64,000 nucleotides of DNA. It comes from Trichoplax sp. H2 (taxonomy: Eukaryota). This document shows positions 30,863 through 46,361 of this stretch, piece after piece; the stretch's first letter is position 1, and each line of letters starts with the position of its first letter. The notes beneath the pieces are model-generated. The model was given only the letters and a program-made list of their open reading frames with translations. It had not been told where the DNA came from and searched no databases. The translations under genes and the position numbers were made by a program. Location: contig NOWV01000131.1 of the NCBI GenBank assembly GCA_003344405.1, positions 124,001 to 188,000 on the forward strand, read 5' to 3'.

Positions 30863-31414
30863 TTTGCAGTTTGGTTGCCTGTGAAAGTTGAACTGCCATG
30901 CTCTTAATATTTCTTACTAAATCCTTCCGTCTTAAATTGAATCATAGACGTTGTTTATGAACTCTATGGACTGAATAACTTCGTAGGCTTTCTCGTTGAA
31001 TCATTATTTCCTAGGCTTAGTCGTTCGCATGTAGGCAGAATACATAAATATCAAATAATTATAGCGATGTGATACTGTACTGTACACTGTACAGTATAGC
31101 AGAGAGAATTGGTTGAATGGATAGCAGGAATCGAATCGATGTATAGGTATCAAACAGTATCTAATCGATAAGGGATTGGACTCAGTAAAGCGGACGATAT
31201 AATATAAAATAGGCAACAAACGATCGATCGATCAACGGACGGACTCAAAATGATTCGGTTCAAGTCCATGATTGGGTGCATAGAGCGACATTAGTTTTGA
31301 TTCCGATAACTACTCCACTATCCTATCTTGGACAATTAAGTGCGAAATTAATGTCATGCCCGCTACTACGCACACGCTACCACACAGTCCTACCGGATAG
31401 AGTCCAGTTCTCTG

Positions 31415-31431
31415 TGACGTAAGCACACGTG
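31415..31431. promoter_or_regulatory. CRE-like TGACGTAA and canonical E-box CACGTG upstream of NOL6
   Basis: TGACGTAA at 31415-31422 and CACGTG at 31426-31431. E-boxes are typical of Myc-regulated ribosome-biogenesis promoters. Confidence 0.4.
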
Positions 31432-31913
31432 GTAACTGAAACGGAGCCATTCAGACCTGAGTACTATACGGAATACGCAACGATTGAATGCGAATACTAT
31501 TCTGTAGGGAGGAAATGGCTCACGAGAGACCTAACCCTGACATCTACCCTGAGGGAGTCAGACTGGCAGTTTTGGATGAAGCATTGCAGCCAGGCAAGCA
31601 GCTCGATTTAGGATCAGAAAGTTGAAAGTAAGCAATTATTGTTGAGGTTTATTCAAGCAATTGGACTACATTCAGTATATTAACAATGTCTATAGCTAGA
31701 TTGCCATAGTTAGATAGTCGTTCGCTAGCTTAAATATTAAAGTACGATCTGTAATATTGGAATACTGGTGATTGTCCTGGTTTTATTTCAGCTGTTGACC
31801 ATTTTGAGCTTGTACTGTATCATCATTTGTAGCTGTAGATAAACTCACTTGATTTATCATTTCACGTAAGTAGTTTACTCATTTGCTCAGCCATCCTGTC
31901 AAGCTCTACTGAC

Positions 31914-34900
31914 ATGAAATCCAAGAAAGCCGATCATCTTAAAAGAAAGGTAATGTTACATTTTATAGCCAATGTTGAGATAAATGGGTGGAACCATCAT
32001 TAGCTACAATTTAGCTTGGTTTAGCAGCTTGCTGTACTTTGAATTAGCAAACATTGCAAAATAGTGAATGTAGATTGGCACTTTGATTGGCCCAAAATTA
32101 TACCTTGTATGACGTTCTTATCATCATACAGGTGTAGCCATATAGGTAGAATGATTGCTACGTATTTTATAGAGGCATACATCAACTACATTATCGGTTA
32201 AAAAAAATTTCTTATTTCTGGCAATACACACGCATATACAGTATACTGTACAACACATACGAGGACGGGCATACGACTCGTGTCCAATTTTGGTTTCAAA
32301 TTGTACGGGACTATGCACGATACACTTCTCGTAGGCATAATAGGCAATAGATATACCTAGAACAGGTTATATTGAATTACTGATACAGCTTATTGGATAA
32401 TATATATATATATGTATATATTTTAATTGACCATATAGGAAAATGCTTCACAGTCCGATCATGCTGATACTGATGAAGGCAAAGTTGTCAAAAAGAAGAA
32501 AAAAAGTTTATATGCACCTCTGACTCGAGATGAATTATTTACCATCAAAGAAACTGAAAGTCTCTATCGATCTGGATTATTTCGTATGCAAATTGATGAA
32601 TTATTAAAAGAAGTTAAATTAAAGAAGAAAAGAAATAAAAAATTAGATCTTTTTCTTCATGCTTTACGTAACTGCTTAATCAATATACCCGATGACAATC
32701 AACAGGAACTTGAATTTGATAGTTTATCCTGCAAACCTGATGGCATTCAGATACCTCTTCATTTAAAAGATGTGCAGACTATCAAGGGCAAATTTATATT
32801 TAAAACCCCGACTGTCATTGCTGTTGTTGGCAGCTATATGATTGGTACCATTACCAAGCCAATAGTCAACGTGGATGTTACTGTAGAGATACCGCAGGTC
32901 TCAATCGCTATACTTATAATTAAAATTTAAAAATTGATTAGTGTACAAAATTAAATTTATTAACACAAGATATACTCGTAAAGTAATAATTTGTGTTTTG
33001 TGTATTTCAGGAATGTTTAAATTCTAGAGATCACATCAATGCTAGATATTATTACCGACGTGCACTTTACTTAGCACATTTGGCTTATCATTTAAATCAG
33101 AGTGATATCTGTCAAGAAGTCCAGTATTCAACAATGAATGGAGACCCACTTAAGCCAATCTTAGTTATAAAAGCAGCACCGGAACGATTTAATCGCTACT
33201 TTACCATTCGTTTATACCCTTGCATTAATCAGTCAGCGTTCAAATTAAGTCAATTAAAGCCAACTAAAGATAATATAAGATATGAATTTTATCCAACGAT
33301 AGAGAGTAAATTAAATGAAGAAACTCAACGGTTAGGCCCGCCAACACCTCATTACAATCATGGTATATTGGTAGATATGAGCTTCGGCCGCCACCTGAGG
33401 GAGATTTATCAAGCAACGCGACAAAGTCAATCTTTAATTGATGCCATTACCTTAATCAAGATATGGCTATACCAACGTGAATTTAATAAAGGGATAAACG
33501 GATTGAATGGATTTCTTGCTTCAATGTTTTTGATTTACTTATTAAAGAAAAAGAAACTCAACTTGCAAATGAGCTCTTATCAGATTTTAAGGATCTTCCT
33601 TATACAATTAGGTATCATAATACGATTGTACGATAAAATAAGATGGTATTAATTATTACACAGATAGAAATCAATAAGATTCGAAGAAAAATTTACATAC
33701 AAGCATTAACATTTTTTATCACCTGGATTTTTTTGTTGGAATAGCGTCATCCGACTGGTCTACCAATGGAATAACACTTGCGGAACAGGACAATTCCAAT
33801 ATTGTAATTTCAATATTCAGATTATGAGCTCCTTTGTATTTTTCAAATATCTATATAACAGTCCGCTCTAAATTTTTTATAGCCATCTACTGCAGAATTT
33901 TCTACAGTTTTTGAAGTGGTTTTTATCGACTCTTCTGGATACTTAAATTTAGCCGCCAACTTAACGAAAATTTCATACGATGAAGTTAGTAACAATTATA
34001 ATCCTGCAATAGTAATGCTCTTAATTATTACAGTTCGGTATTATAAAAGATTTATATTCATCTTTACAAATTGTACGCTCTTAAATTATTATATTCTGAT
34101 TTGTTACAGTTACGTCATGCAGCCTCCTCGTCACTGCGACATCTCGATAGCAGCTCTAGCGATGTTTTCTCTGACCTTTTCGTGAAAAAAGTACCATACT
34201 TTACAAAATATGATCACTATATTACGTAAGTCCTTGACAGCTGCTATCATTAAAAATGCATGTAAAAAAAGTATTCAAAATAAGCTATTATAAATTAAAT
34301 TGATGATATTTTTCGGATTAATGGTAATAAACATGATTTCTGTCTTTATTGGCTAACCATTGAATCTGTACGTTGAATTTAAACCAGGTTAAAACAGTTA
34401 CCACAAATAGAAAAAGCTAATATTGGACAAGAAGTGTTAGAGTATCTTATCAGTAGATGCAATCATTTACGACCAGTCATGCTACGCTGGTTAATGGTTA
34501 TCCTTCAAAAAGGTTTAAATAAAAGAGTTAAATTGATTTCTGTTATGCCTGAAGATATTTCAAAGGTAAAATTTCGAATTTTAAAATACTATCTAATATA
34601 TTTTATTCACTATGAAATGCTTTTTATTTGCTTATAGTGGCCAATTACTAAGATGCCGCCTGCAGAAAGTGAAACTGTAACCATCGGCTTATCACTTGAT
34701 ACAGAACAATATTCTTCCATTGTAGAAATGGGTCCATCGGCTGAAGACTCACAGGTAGATATGACTTATAGATTAAATTATATTTATTATTTCTATTATT
34801 TAGGTTCTTGATACCATTCGTTATACTATATAATAAACTTCGATTAGGCTGCGGAATTATTTAGAAAATTTTGGGGTGAGAAGTCAGAATTACGAAGGTT

Positions 34901-37606
34901 TAAAGACGGCGCTATTAAGGAAGCAGCTATTTGGCAATGCAAGAATATAGCAGAGAGAAGATTTATTTGCGAACGAATCGTAAAATATCTATTGCAGCTG
35001 TAAGTTACTACAGTAATTATAGGATCTACAAGGTATCCTGTATGTCCGCAACAAATCTTAACTTAAATTTATTTAATAATTAATCAGACATGGTAAAATT
35101 TCTCCAGAAAATGTTAACTATATTGCCGGCCAATTAGATCATACATTAGCGATAACATACGAGGACGAGAAATCTAAACTGCCTTTCTGTAATAATAACG
35201 CTACAGAAGATGCTATCTCAATTATAAAGTCTTTTAATGAGCTCTGCAAGCAGCTGCGTTTGTTGAAAGGTTTATCATTAAGTATCAATACAATTCAAGG
35301 AATCAGTCCTGTTTTTAGGCATACCGAAGTAAGTTAACTTTAAATCAAATTTTTGATGCTCTAGAATTTAGTACTCCAGTTGAGAACATCATTTTAATGC
35401 TACAATTGCTTAGTTTTATATTGTGATCATGCATTGGATGTAATATGCCATCATGAAATATTTTAGTTATTTCCATCAAAGCCAGCGAAACGTTTTAAAA
35501 GTCGCACCAGGCTTTCCGACGATGTACAATTTCGAAATGTTGCCAAAAATGTTTTACTACCAACTGCGAATAAGACATGTCCTGAATGGATTCCTGCTAA
35601 TGAAGGTTATTACTATGTCTGATTTGTATCATTTAGTATTCAGTAGTCATCAGGTTTATTTACAGCGATATTAATATATGTTCACAATTGTCTTACACTA
35701 GCTGTATGCAGCATGGAATTAAGTGGCGATTGGCCTCAAAATGCAGAAGCCGTACAACGAGTTAAATCTGCGCTTCACCTAGAAATTGCTAGATTACTAT
35801 CTCAGCATTACTCGTTGCTGGCGGTTGGTCAAACCAACTACATTGACGTTTTCAAAGTAAATACTAACTTTATGCGCTCTATTATGTGATCTATATTAAG
35901 TTAAGAATAAAATTTTACACTTTAATCGACTTTTGAATTATTTAACACTAGGATGGCTACGTATTTCGAGTGCGTGTTGCTTATCATAGAGAGCCAGGTT
36001 TAATACGATTAGTTGAAAATGAAGGAAATGAATTACTTGCTGCTGAATTAGAGAAAACTACCATCTTGCTACCTCAATTTGCTACCATGATAAACGGGTA
36101 TTTGTCCTAATTATTTTTGGCAAAGTAACGACTTCCTATGTACAAGGCAGTGCACTAAACTGACTCTCGTTTCAATATACTTTAGTGTGAATGAACAGTA
36201 TCATTCATACAGTACCACCGTTCGATTAGCCAAGAGATGGATTTCATCCCACCAACTTTGTGGCTATGTTACCGAAGAATGCATTGAAGTTATTGTGGCT
36301 TCTCTTTATCTAAATCCGGAAACCTACGATAAGCCTGGGTAGGATAACATAAATGCTTTCTGTAATATACATTTAAGAAAGGTAACTTTGGTAGTATCTT
36401 TTAACGTTGATAGGTCGGAGATTAATGGGCTGTTGAGGTTTCTTAAACTTATTTCTACTTTTGATTGGTTAAACTTCCCATTACTTGTTAACTTAAACGA
36501 AGAATTCAGTGGTGCGTTCAATAGTACAAAAGCTATGAACATTAATGCGTTAATGACATGACACAAAAAATATAGAATTACTATCTCTGATACCTTAGGC
36601 TCTGATATGGTAGAAATAGGAACGGACTTTAGAGAGAATAGATCTAAATTTCCAGCAATGTTCGTCGCCGTTCCGAAAAAGAAATTAAATCAACTTTTAA
36701 CTACTTCGAAACTTACAAATTCGATACTGCATAGGCTAACATTGTTAGCCAGCGAGTCCTATAATCTTCTGATTAAGCAATTGTCAACATGTGCATCGGA
36801 AAAGGTTGATTTTATGGTAAGCCATTGCTAAGACAGTAAATTATTTAACTGTAATTTTGTTGTTGGTATATGTTGCAATCGATTGGATGGAACGTATATA
36901 TCTCTGAAGCTTTTATTCTATTGGTAGAAAATATTTCGAACTCCAATGGAGGACTATGATGTGATTATTAATTTAAATCTAGAAAACGTTTGTCGATTCC
37001 ACGAAGGCATTGACAGTGTAGTCACTGAATGCCATAGCGATTTAAATAAGAAATATATGCCCGTCGTTAATTTCGATCCTGTTGAGTACTACCTTAAAGA
37101 ACTAGAGGTAAATATTGCCTAAATTTCAATATAGGTTATTGAGTAATAATCTACTATAATGAACTTTTAGGATGCCTTTGGAGATATTGCTTTATTCTTT
37201 TATAACAAGTATGGTGGCGACTTCATTGCTGTGGTCTGGAAGCCTGATGCATTCAAATTGCAATCATTTAAAGTACTGTTGATACTGTATTTTTGTAACC
37301 GAAATTTCATTATTCTAAAATTTAATTAACGTAAATGACGTTTATGAATTTTCAAGGTTAATGAAATGTATTATAAAAATATCAGGAAACAGGTACATTG
37401 TCATAGGATTTTACAAACTTTCTAAATATTTATTTATATCAAGTAGCAGGTGTTTGAAACTAAAAATATTTCTCTTCTAACAACTGGACTTATTGCCTTA
37501 ACAGGGGAGTTCAAAAAAGCTGCTGATGTGCCCAGATAAAGAAAGTATTCTACAAGACTTTCGATTATTGGGTGACAATCTTGTTTCTTCTATTGAATCC
37601 AAATAA
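31914..37606 (+). CDS. NOL6: Nucleolar protein 6 (Nrap/Utp22)
   Basis: Starts MKSKKADHLKRK|. Motifs: LFRMQIDELLKEV, VVGSYMIGT...NVDVTVEIP, RYYYRRALYLAHLA, PTPHYN, FRKFWGEKSELRRFKDG, TVRLAKRW, FFYNKYGGDFIAVVWKP. Stop at 37604-37606. Confidence 0.93.
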
Positions 37607-38624
37607 TTACATCTCAACGTTGTAGCCATATTTAATATCAGTACGGTAATTATAGGTGATAGATAAATCATGCAATACTGATAATAATTCTGCAGATTAC
37701 TTTATTGGACAAAGAATTTCAGATCGTTAAAATTTCGGATATTTGAGTAAGGAATACCGTACCGCAACTGTGTAGGAACGTTTTTTGTAAGCATGCCCAA
37801 CAGTTGTAGTAGCGAATTGCATATCCGTTTACATTGTATCTTCATTTACACGTACATACAGACACCGATGCCAATGAGTTGAGGATAACTTGCTATACAT
37901 ATTATATGCGGTTAAAAAATTTCTCTTTAATAAATTATCCAGTTAGCTTCATAATACTTATTTGTTGTTACTGGAATATCTGCATACTCTGTAATCAATC
38001 AGCCGCGAAATATAAACCATCATGAGTTAATGCAAATAAAGAGTATGACCTTTTGTTGAAAATGTTTTTTTTTGTTAAGCTAGGTTAGTAAGTAATGGCC
38101 CTAGTATTATGCAACGTGCAATTCCAATCTACTGATACCAATTGAAAATCTATATGCTTGCTATCTTTAATAAGTACTAATCCAATACAGTATTGTTCTC
38201 CACGTTGGATCATTAAATATAATTACAATACCCGTACACAGATTAAATATTTGACATCTAGACCTAAGTAATAACACATGTATAATAAACAAGAATTTAT
38301 GATCCAGTCTTTTGTTAATTCTATGATTAATTAATTTTTATATATTGTAACGAATTATACAAATAAAAATAGCTGTACAGGTCTATTATGTTTTAAGTGA
38401 CATGCCATTCCTGTAAGCAACTAAAACGGGTCAATTTCAAACACTTTTCCTACCAACATATTACGAAGAAATAGTCAGGATATCACATAAAGCGACATAC
38501 CAACTCAAGAATATGACAACCGTTAGCTTTCAGTACAGTACATGATGTCACAAAAAATAAACATGGAAGTATGTTCCTAACGATTCGATATGTACTAATA
38601 AAGAATATCTTCCCAACGCTTATA

Positions 38625-41600
38625 TTACTGCATGAGATGTGGCTGGGTAAACGGTACATTCGAATTAAATTGATTTGCTGCTTGTGGATACATGTTATAT
38701 TGAGGTTGTGCGTTCATTTGAGGTAGTGGCTGTTGCTGGGTTGTGCCTCCTTGAGACGTAGAATATACCCCTTTTGGATCGATAGGTTGCTGTTGGTGAT
38801 AGTATTGTGATTGTTGCACTGGAAATTCATTAGACGTCCCAGATGACTGATTTCTACCGTAATGAATATGGTTTCGTATAAAAATGTTAAAAGCACTAAT
38901 ATCTTTTGCATTGACAAGAACTTGTATCTTTGCAGCAAAGCTAAACAGTATACTTACACTGGATTGTACATGTTCTAGAATAAAAAAATTGTATAAAAGT
39001 ATAAGTACTGAGAAAAGGAATTAAAAAGGAAAATTTGTTGCTTTTCTAAGTGTCGTATATACAGTACCTGTTGCGATTGAGTAGTTTGCGGCTGTTGATT
39101 CAATCCCTGCATCATTGGGTGCTGTATAATTTCCAATTTTACCCAAATCAAAAATATTTCAGTAATATAGATAGTAGTCTACTTTTGATTTAGAAGTTTC
39201 ACACCTATAATTAAAAATGACTTTGAAAATTTACCTGTTCCGGCGAAAAATTTTGTGGACCTGTAGGCTGTTGTTGGTAGCCAAGAGTATTAGGTTGCTG
39301 CGGAATCTACCAAGATACATATAGTATAATTATCCGTAAAGAATATGCTTGTAGGCCTTTTCTGTTATCGTAGAGGTTAGTGAATTTAAATACGCCAAAA
39401 ATAAGTTCAGTAAGGATAACATACCATATGCTGTTGCGGTACAGGCTGCTGAGGTACAGGTTGCTGAGGTACTTGTTGTTGAGGTACTTGTTGTTGAGGT
39501 ACTGGATTGTTGAGGTATGGATTGCTGAGGTAAAGGTTGCTGAGGTACAAGTTGCTGAGGTGAAGATTGTTGAGGTAGAGGTTGCTGGATTGGTGCCATC
39601 CTTTGATTATCTTGCAAACGGTTGGATTGGAAGTGCTGCTGTGACATCTCTGTAAATATAAATGTAAACATTGCATTAACGAAATGGAAATTTTTCTCAA
39701 ATTAAAATAAGGACAAGAGAAAAGTACCAGGTTGTAAGCCTGCTGCAGAATAAGCTGCGTAGATAGAACTATATCGTGGCCGCTCTTGCATCAATCTATT
39801 AATATGAAAAGTAATATCAAAATTTTTTAGTTATTCGAATAACATCGAAAAAGCAATAGTTCATTTAGGTCAAGTCTTACTTTTGATAAAGAGCAAGAGT
39901 TTCTTCAAATTGATTTTTTAAAGTATTTACTTCTTGATCTTTACTATTGGTAATAATAATATAAAAATAGTGTAAATATTTAATTGAAACAAAAATAAGT
40001 TACTGTACAAGGTATAAAGACTCACGTTTCCAGGCGCTCTAATTTGTTAGTCATTTGATACTTCATTCGATTACACGTATCTATAAAATGATATGATTGC
40101 GCTTGTATTAAGTAAAAATGAGTATTTACCTATCTAACGGAAACATTTTAAGTTAAATTCCTTCAACCTTCTAAGTCAATAAGTTCTTGAGTATCTGCAT
40201 TTACAGTTATATCAGCCTTTCCAAATATCTCAAGTGTGATATCTATTTTTTCCTAAAACGATTGCAGACATTAAAAATACGTTTTTGTGGGTGATAATTA
40301 CTTTTAACTATAAATAGAAAATAACTTCTGCAAATAAATGTGATCTCAGCTTATGATTTTATTTCATACTTCGTCAATTTGAACTTCTTTATATTCGTCC
40401 ATTGACGGTTCTATTAGTAAAATTCAATATATTGTACTTAAAGTAGTAATAATACTATATCACAATTTTAAATGTTGTCGCTAGATACAAACGTTTTGCC
40501 TCTCCAAGACCATTTTGTACTTCAGATTCCTCTACTACTTCCGTCTCTAATTCCTGATGTACCTCATACTTGGGTACTTAACACCACAGGCAAAAAGTTA
40601 GTATCGTAAAAGGATGTCATAAAATTATATGTTGTTATAGAGATGAGACCGAGTAAAATTGTTAATAAACCTGGTTCATTGAGATCGGAAGTAACAAAAT
40701 TTGACGGAAATAGTCCAGACCCATGTGGAGTCTCTCCCTTCCACCAGTTGGGGTCGCTATTATATCAACGTATGAAACAGAATTATTGCATGAAGTAACC
40801 TAATCTCATACATTCAAATTGCTAGTAATAGACTTCATTGTGCTATACTACCTATCATCAATGATAGAAATGATGTCACCAGCTTTAAAAGTTAACTCGT
40901 TATCTTCAGCGGCCTCGAAATCGTATAATGCAAGAACTTTACGTCGTTCAAGTTCCTATAATATAGATATACATCCAACCCATTAATTTCTTATGGCCAT
41001 TAGTAACATAGTAATGCACGCGCATTAGATCTATATTTGATACTGAAAAATAATACATGGGCTACAACTTACCTTCCTAAGTGACTTAGGAGAAGGTGGT
41101 TTAACTACAGGGTAAATACTTGATGTCGAAGTCTAATTTAGAATAGTTAAAATAGAAGTTAGGTAAGAAACTAAATGTCATATTATAAATTCATTTTACC
41201 TGAGAATAAGTTGCAGGAGTACTAGTATTAACCGTCGTAGAATGAGAAGAATGGGATGCACCAGTTTTATCTGCATCTCTTAAAGACATTTCAATTGCTG
41301 ATATAATCGATTGAAAGAATAGATATCTTTTAATGACAAATTAAATATATTTTACTAAGATGTAGAACTAAATATAGTTGAAATCTACTATCGCATGTAA
41401 CGTGGTGTCATTTGTACCTCTAGCAAGATCTTCGTCCTCTTGTAGTGCAACTCTATCGCTACTAGGTTGATTCTTATTTGATGTAGAAGTGAAGTTCGGC
41501 GATTCAGTAGGATTGGAAGAGGCTGCTCCCCCAGGTACAATTTCAGGTGTAAAAGCAGGAAACTCAACACCTTCATTCTTTAAGCTATTGTAAAGTGTTG

Positions 41601-43050
41601 GTATTAACCTATGATTGAAATAGATATTGAACATGGGTTAATCCAATCTACAAGTCGAAATCTATTACAAATACCGAACTAATGTAAATAGTATTCATGT
41701 TGATTTCAATGAGAAGCTGTTGGAAGAATTGTAACAGTAGTTTAAAACAATAATAAATCAAGGTTGTATTTCAATACTATATAGTGTACTGTACTGTGTA
41801 TGAAGTCCAATTATTTTTAAAAAGCGACCTATTATAAGTAGTATTTCCTTACGTCACTTTAGGATCATCTTTAAGCATATGAGCCCATTTCTGTAATAGT
41901 TCTTTCATCTTGTTGCCAACAGCAGCATTGGAATGCTATGAATTATATATAATTGATATCCGTGAATCATAGTTTAGCAATTTAATTGATTGTGTAAGTA
42001 TAAACAATATGATCATCAAATTATTTCAGGAGAAATTGGAAAGACTACTTGGGAAATGGTATACAGCAAATGAATTGTCATTGAGCATTGGATTTTTAGA
42101 AAGGTGTTCTATGCATTGTAGAAAAAGTAGGATATCATTTTACTTACTTTTTGTATGATATTTCGTATTTCCAATGACAATGGCCTAGTACAAATTTCCA
42201 AATGGAATATTTGGCCACAGTTGTTCATACAAGCATCAAGAAGCTAAATAAGCGGAAGAGGATTACATTATGACTTGTCTAGGTACAGGATTTTAATTTT
42301 AGGACATGGATTATCCTCCATGGCTATTACAAATGCAGTGATAATCAAGTTGATAGCGAATTAGTACTGTAAACTAGTGTACTCGCATATTACATTTTCG
42401 ATTGTGCATCTTGTCATGCAAACAATGTCAAGGTAATCTCTGTACGCGTATTTTATATCCATCAAGACTCTAGCACTGATGGTCACAATTATTAAGCAAG
42501 CAATTGATCTGTTTCTTTTACCGTTAATGCTTGTATAGCAACGTGAGGAATTTTATGATTAACTCTTTTCATGATCGATTTAAGGCATTCTTTTGGTCTA
42601 CCAATAAAAACAGGAACGATATCATTGGAAATATTGAACAAAGCTCATACTTGTTATCATCAGAGCAATTTGTACAACAACAATCATAAAAAAAAATCAA
42701 TTTCTTCTACGTTAACAGCCAGTTATTGCTTTTCGTTGATATTGGTTAGCATTAGTCTTACCCATTTGCAGTACGGCCAACACGATCACAAATTTCCATA
42801 ATCAGAGACCAATCTTCAGAAGTATTGGTTTCATTGGTAACCTTATCTATAAGAAAAGAATATCCAAAGCACAATATTAACATGAACAGGCAAGATTGAT
42901 TTTCTCTACAATCTACTGGTTACTATTGCAGAATTCCAATCCATTTCTTTTTATTAATACCACTCCATCGACAACTAAAATACACTTATTCTCCTATCTT
43001 GACTAACCTACGTCGGCATCGAACGTATTATTGGAAGAAAATAGAGGCAT
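38625..43050 (-). CDS. STAM: Signal transducing adapter molecule (ESCRT-0): VHS-UIM-SH3-GAT with a Q/P-rich tail
   Basis: [32 protein letters not shown] (VHS), [14 protein letters not shown] (UIM), [21 protein letters not shown]...DPNWWKG...GLFPSNFV (SH3). Includes a 17-nt exon at 38958-38974. Confidence 0.93.
39430..39592 (-). repeat. Coding 15-bp tandem repeat (PQQxx pentapeptide) in the STAM tail
   Basis: Repeated TG(C/T)TGAGGTA.. units encoding PQQ(P/Q/S/L)(V/L/I/S). Confidence 0.85.
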
Positions 43051-43261
43051 TTTGGCATCAAAAATGGTGGCTGCTTTGTGAAATTTTAACCAACTCGAAT
43101 CGTTGACTTTGACTGACTGAAGTGGTACCGACAGGGGCGATTGATTACGTCGTTTTTGACGACGACGGTGTCTTGTACCAGGGACGCAATGGCTAGGCTG
43201 GTGTAATAGCAATGGGAAGAGTCATGTTTGAGTGATGATGGTCGCACAGTCGATTCTAGAA

Positions 43262-43370
43262 CACTACAGTACATGGTACAGTCACATGTGCAGTACTGTG
43301 CACTGTACACTGTACTGTACAGTACAGTATAGTACCATTAAACGCTTACAAGTACAGTACTGTACAGTAT
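43262..43370. repeat. TACAG/TACTG array at the STAM promoter
   Basis: CACTGTACACTGTACTGTACAGTACAGTA and similar units about 200-300 bp upstream of the STAM ATG. Confidence 0.75.
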
Positions 43371-45351
43371 AGCCTGAGTCATGTTGGCAGGCCAAGACCA
43401 AGACTTTGTAAGCAAATGATGTCATCGTTATATTTATATTTATTTACTAGCCTACAGCTCGCTAAAATGCGAGCGATAGAATTCTTACACCTAAAATAGT
43501 GCACAACCAAGTATATATTGTATCCAATTATAATGGTGTCAGAGGGTCAGACAGGTTCGATAATACAAACTTGATCGTATACTGTAAAAATAGACAACCG
43601 ATATTTTAACATAGATAGATAGGATATTTCAAAATTGTTTTCCACTCATCTAGTCATCATGGATGACATGGATTGTCTCGTTGACATTTTAAATGGCTGA
43701 AATTATGAACAGGCTGCAGTTGGTTGATAGCAAACCTAAGCATAAACATTCAATTTTCATTCTTATAATATCCTATCTTACTGTAAGTCATAGACTACAA
43801 TAACTTTACCTCAAGCTTAGTACAATATAGAGGACTGCAGCGCTGATTTGCATAACAGTTATTAATCAAGTGCTGCTAATAGCAATATGTAATCAATGAA
43901 TACATGTATCATGCATCGTATTAGGCTTGTTTGCCACTGCAAAGTGTTTATACTGCAACGAGAAACGGCCAACTCAAATAGGAAATGATTATTTCCTAAC
44001 CTAACTCCTTACGCACGCTATGTTATGCCATAGACTTCCAATTTTGTCAACAATACTACTGAAAGAAAGTGCTCGATTTACAGCTAATGCAGTATGCTAC
44101 AGTACAGCACAATGGAGAGTGTACTGTCAACAAGGAGGGACGCTTGTCGTCGCCTCACGGACACTACAGCGGACAGACACCACTCCAATCTTACTGTACT
44201 GTTCTGTCTTGTATTGTCTGTCCATCAGTCCTACTACTACTGTATCACAGTCAACATGGATGGATACCATAGATACTATCGTACAGTATGCACAAAAAAA
44301 AATTTCATTCCAGAATCTCTAAGCATCATTTTCAAGCAGCATTTCACGTCTTGGCAAATAAGGATAGAAATTGATACGTACAGTATAATGTTATTGTATC
44401 AATGCACTAGTTACCCTTTTCCCGCTTTTATTATCGTTATTATACCTACACTGATGCACATTATAATAAATAAATGATATTTGAAGGTGAACAGTTTCAT
44501 AGATTGTTTTTAATTTATTTATCTCCACTAGCTAACAAAGTTTATTACGCTTTGCTTTGGGCAACATGCCCTTATATACTGTATATGTTACAGTGTACAG
44601 TAGTCTGTAGTACAATGCATAATTGTCAGTATCTATTTATAAACAAACTAATATACTGGATGTTTTTGATTTCTGGATTCTGTTACTTGAGTGTGTGACA
44701 TGATATAGCTCTGCACATTGAACACCCGTATAGCAGTTATTAATGATGAATTGATTACAGTATCCTAAAGTAAAAAAAAACTGCAACATACAGTACACCA
44801 TTGTATAGTATAGTACTTGTTCATACAGTACCAGTGACATGTACGCTTATTTAGTACAAGTAATATTGTGTTGAGCATCAAAGGGCTTTAATTAATGAAT
44901 CGATCTGTTACTGTAAACTGTAGATTACTGCATAACTGCAGCGTGGATGGTCCATGACGTTGGATATCAAGTACCTACATTTAGTACAAAAACGACTTTT
45001 TTACCTCCAGTAAAATACTTTTATTGTAATAATAACAGCTTCAAGATGACAGTTAATATGACAAGGCCGCACGATGCAAGTACTCTCTATACAGTACATG
45101 GTAGTTTTTCATCTTAAACTCATTCACCAAATTTTACTTGTGTATGACTAGCGATGAAAACAAAATATGTAATTGCGCCGACGAAAATTTTTGTACATAT
45201 TTACGTACAAGCTTGAGAACAATGTTAATGTCATTGATGATAATCAAAATGTATGTAAAGATAATAAATCGATGATTAATTAGTGTAATCGGTAAGTAAT
45301 TACTCAGATAGGATTATTTTCAACCATCTAAAGGATATTACGTGATCAATT

Positions 45352-46361
45352 TTAAGCTTCCACGTTGATTAATTCTTCTGGAACAGCGTTCTTCGGATGT
45401 TTATTAACAAAGTGTTGTTTGTACGTCTTTGGGTCGGGCATTTGGCACTAAATAGAAGATTGAATACAGATTCGATAATGAATTAGTTTTAGCTACATCA
45501 TTGTCGTTGATTACATTGTACACTTTACAGTATACTGTGCGTACTACTACTATCCGCTGCTATGTTGTACTGTACCTCATTGCTCTTGCACTATTGCAAT
45601 AAGATGGGTACATTAGAAGGCTAGACAGCAGTAGAAGTTAGATACAGTACTGAATTAATCACTCGGCGAATGAATATGCTATAGTAATGTGATAATAATA
45701 TTATTCAGTTTGGTAAGTATTACTTACATAGAACTGTAAATTATAAAAATAACCGATATCATCCTCTAATTTCATTAACTGTTCAGGATAACTTTACTTA
45801 TCTTTGGTAAATCTACATAACTCCATATACGCACATATAGTGTCAAATCAAAAAGTACCAACTGTAAATCATGATCATTAGAAACTGAATAATGGTGGAA
45901 TTGAAAGCAAACTACTTGTACTGTAGATTAGTAAGAGATTGTAACAGTATACTGTAGTGTAATCCTTAACATCAACAACTGCAGAAAGTTCCGTTTACTG
46001 CTGCCAATATAGTACAATTAGTACTACAATATAGTCAATAGCACATGATAGTGTATCAGAAAGCATTTACTAATCTATATCCCATCAAAAGAGATGTGAT
46101 TAAATTGATGAGATGTACAATTATACAGTACATGCAATGGTAAATAAACTCTTGTTGTCAACTACTACTGCAGTGGGATAGCAACCTACTCGTATTGAAT
46201 ATTCTATGCAATACAGTGTGCCATACCTTACAAACAGTGCACGTATGAACTAGGGCCTTTTTAGCGGCTGTCTTCTGATCATGTCCATGTGCTTTGGCTA
46301 TTTTGGCTTTCTTTTCTGCATTTTTTTTCTGTGATTGAATCTTTTGATGTCCACGAGCCAT
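45352..46361 (-). CDS. ZNF706: Zinc finger protein 706 (4F5/SERF-like N-terminus + C2H2)
   Basis: Exons 46361-46227 and 45447-45352 give MARGHQKIQSQKKNAEKKAK...HTCTVCK|CQMPDPKTYKQHFVNKHPKNAVPEELINVEA*. Confidence 0.93.

Noticed and set aside
30543-30891. Overlapping ORFs rich in YST/VQY/TVL (also 24583-25230, 44020-44477, 47278-47571, 57632-58168)
   Set aside because: These are translation artefacts of the stop-poor TACAG/TACTG arrays; they have no protein-family motifs.
39380-39655. Plus-strand ORF with LLRY and AEV repeats
   Set aside because: It is the antisense shadow of the STAM PQQ coding repeat.
43986-44062. Possible C/D snoRNA (ATGATTA...CTGA) between STAM and ZNF706
   Set aside because: Degenerate C box, no terminal stem and no convincing rRNA antisense element.
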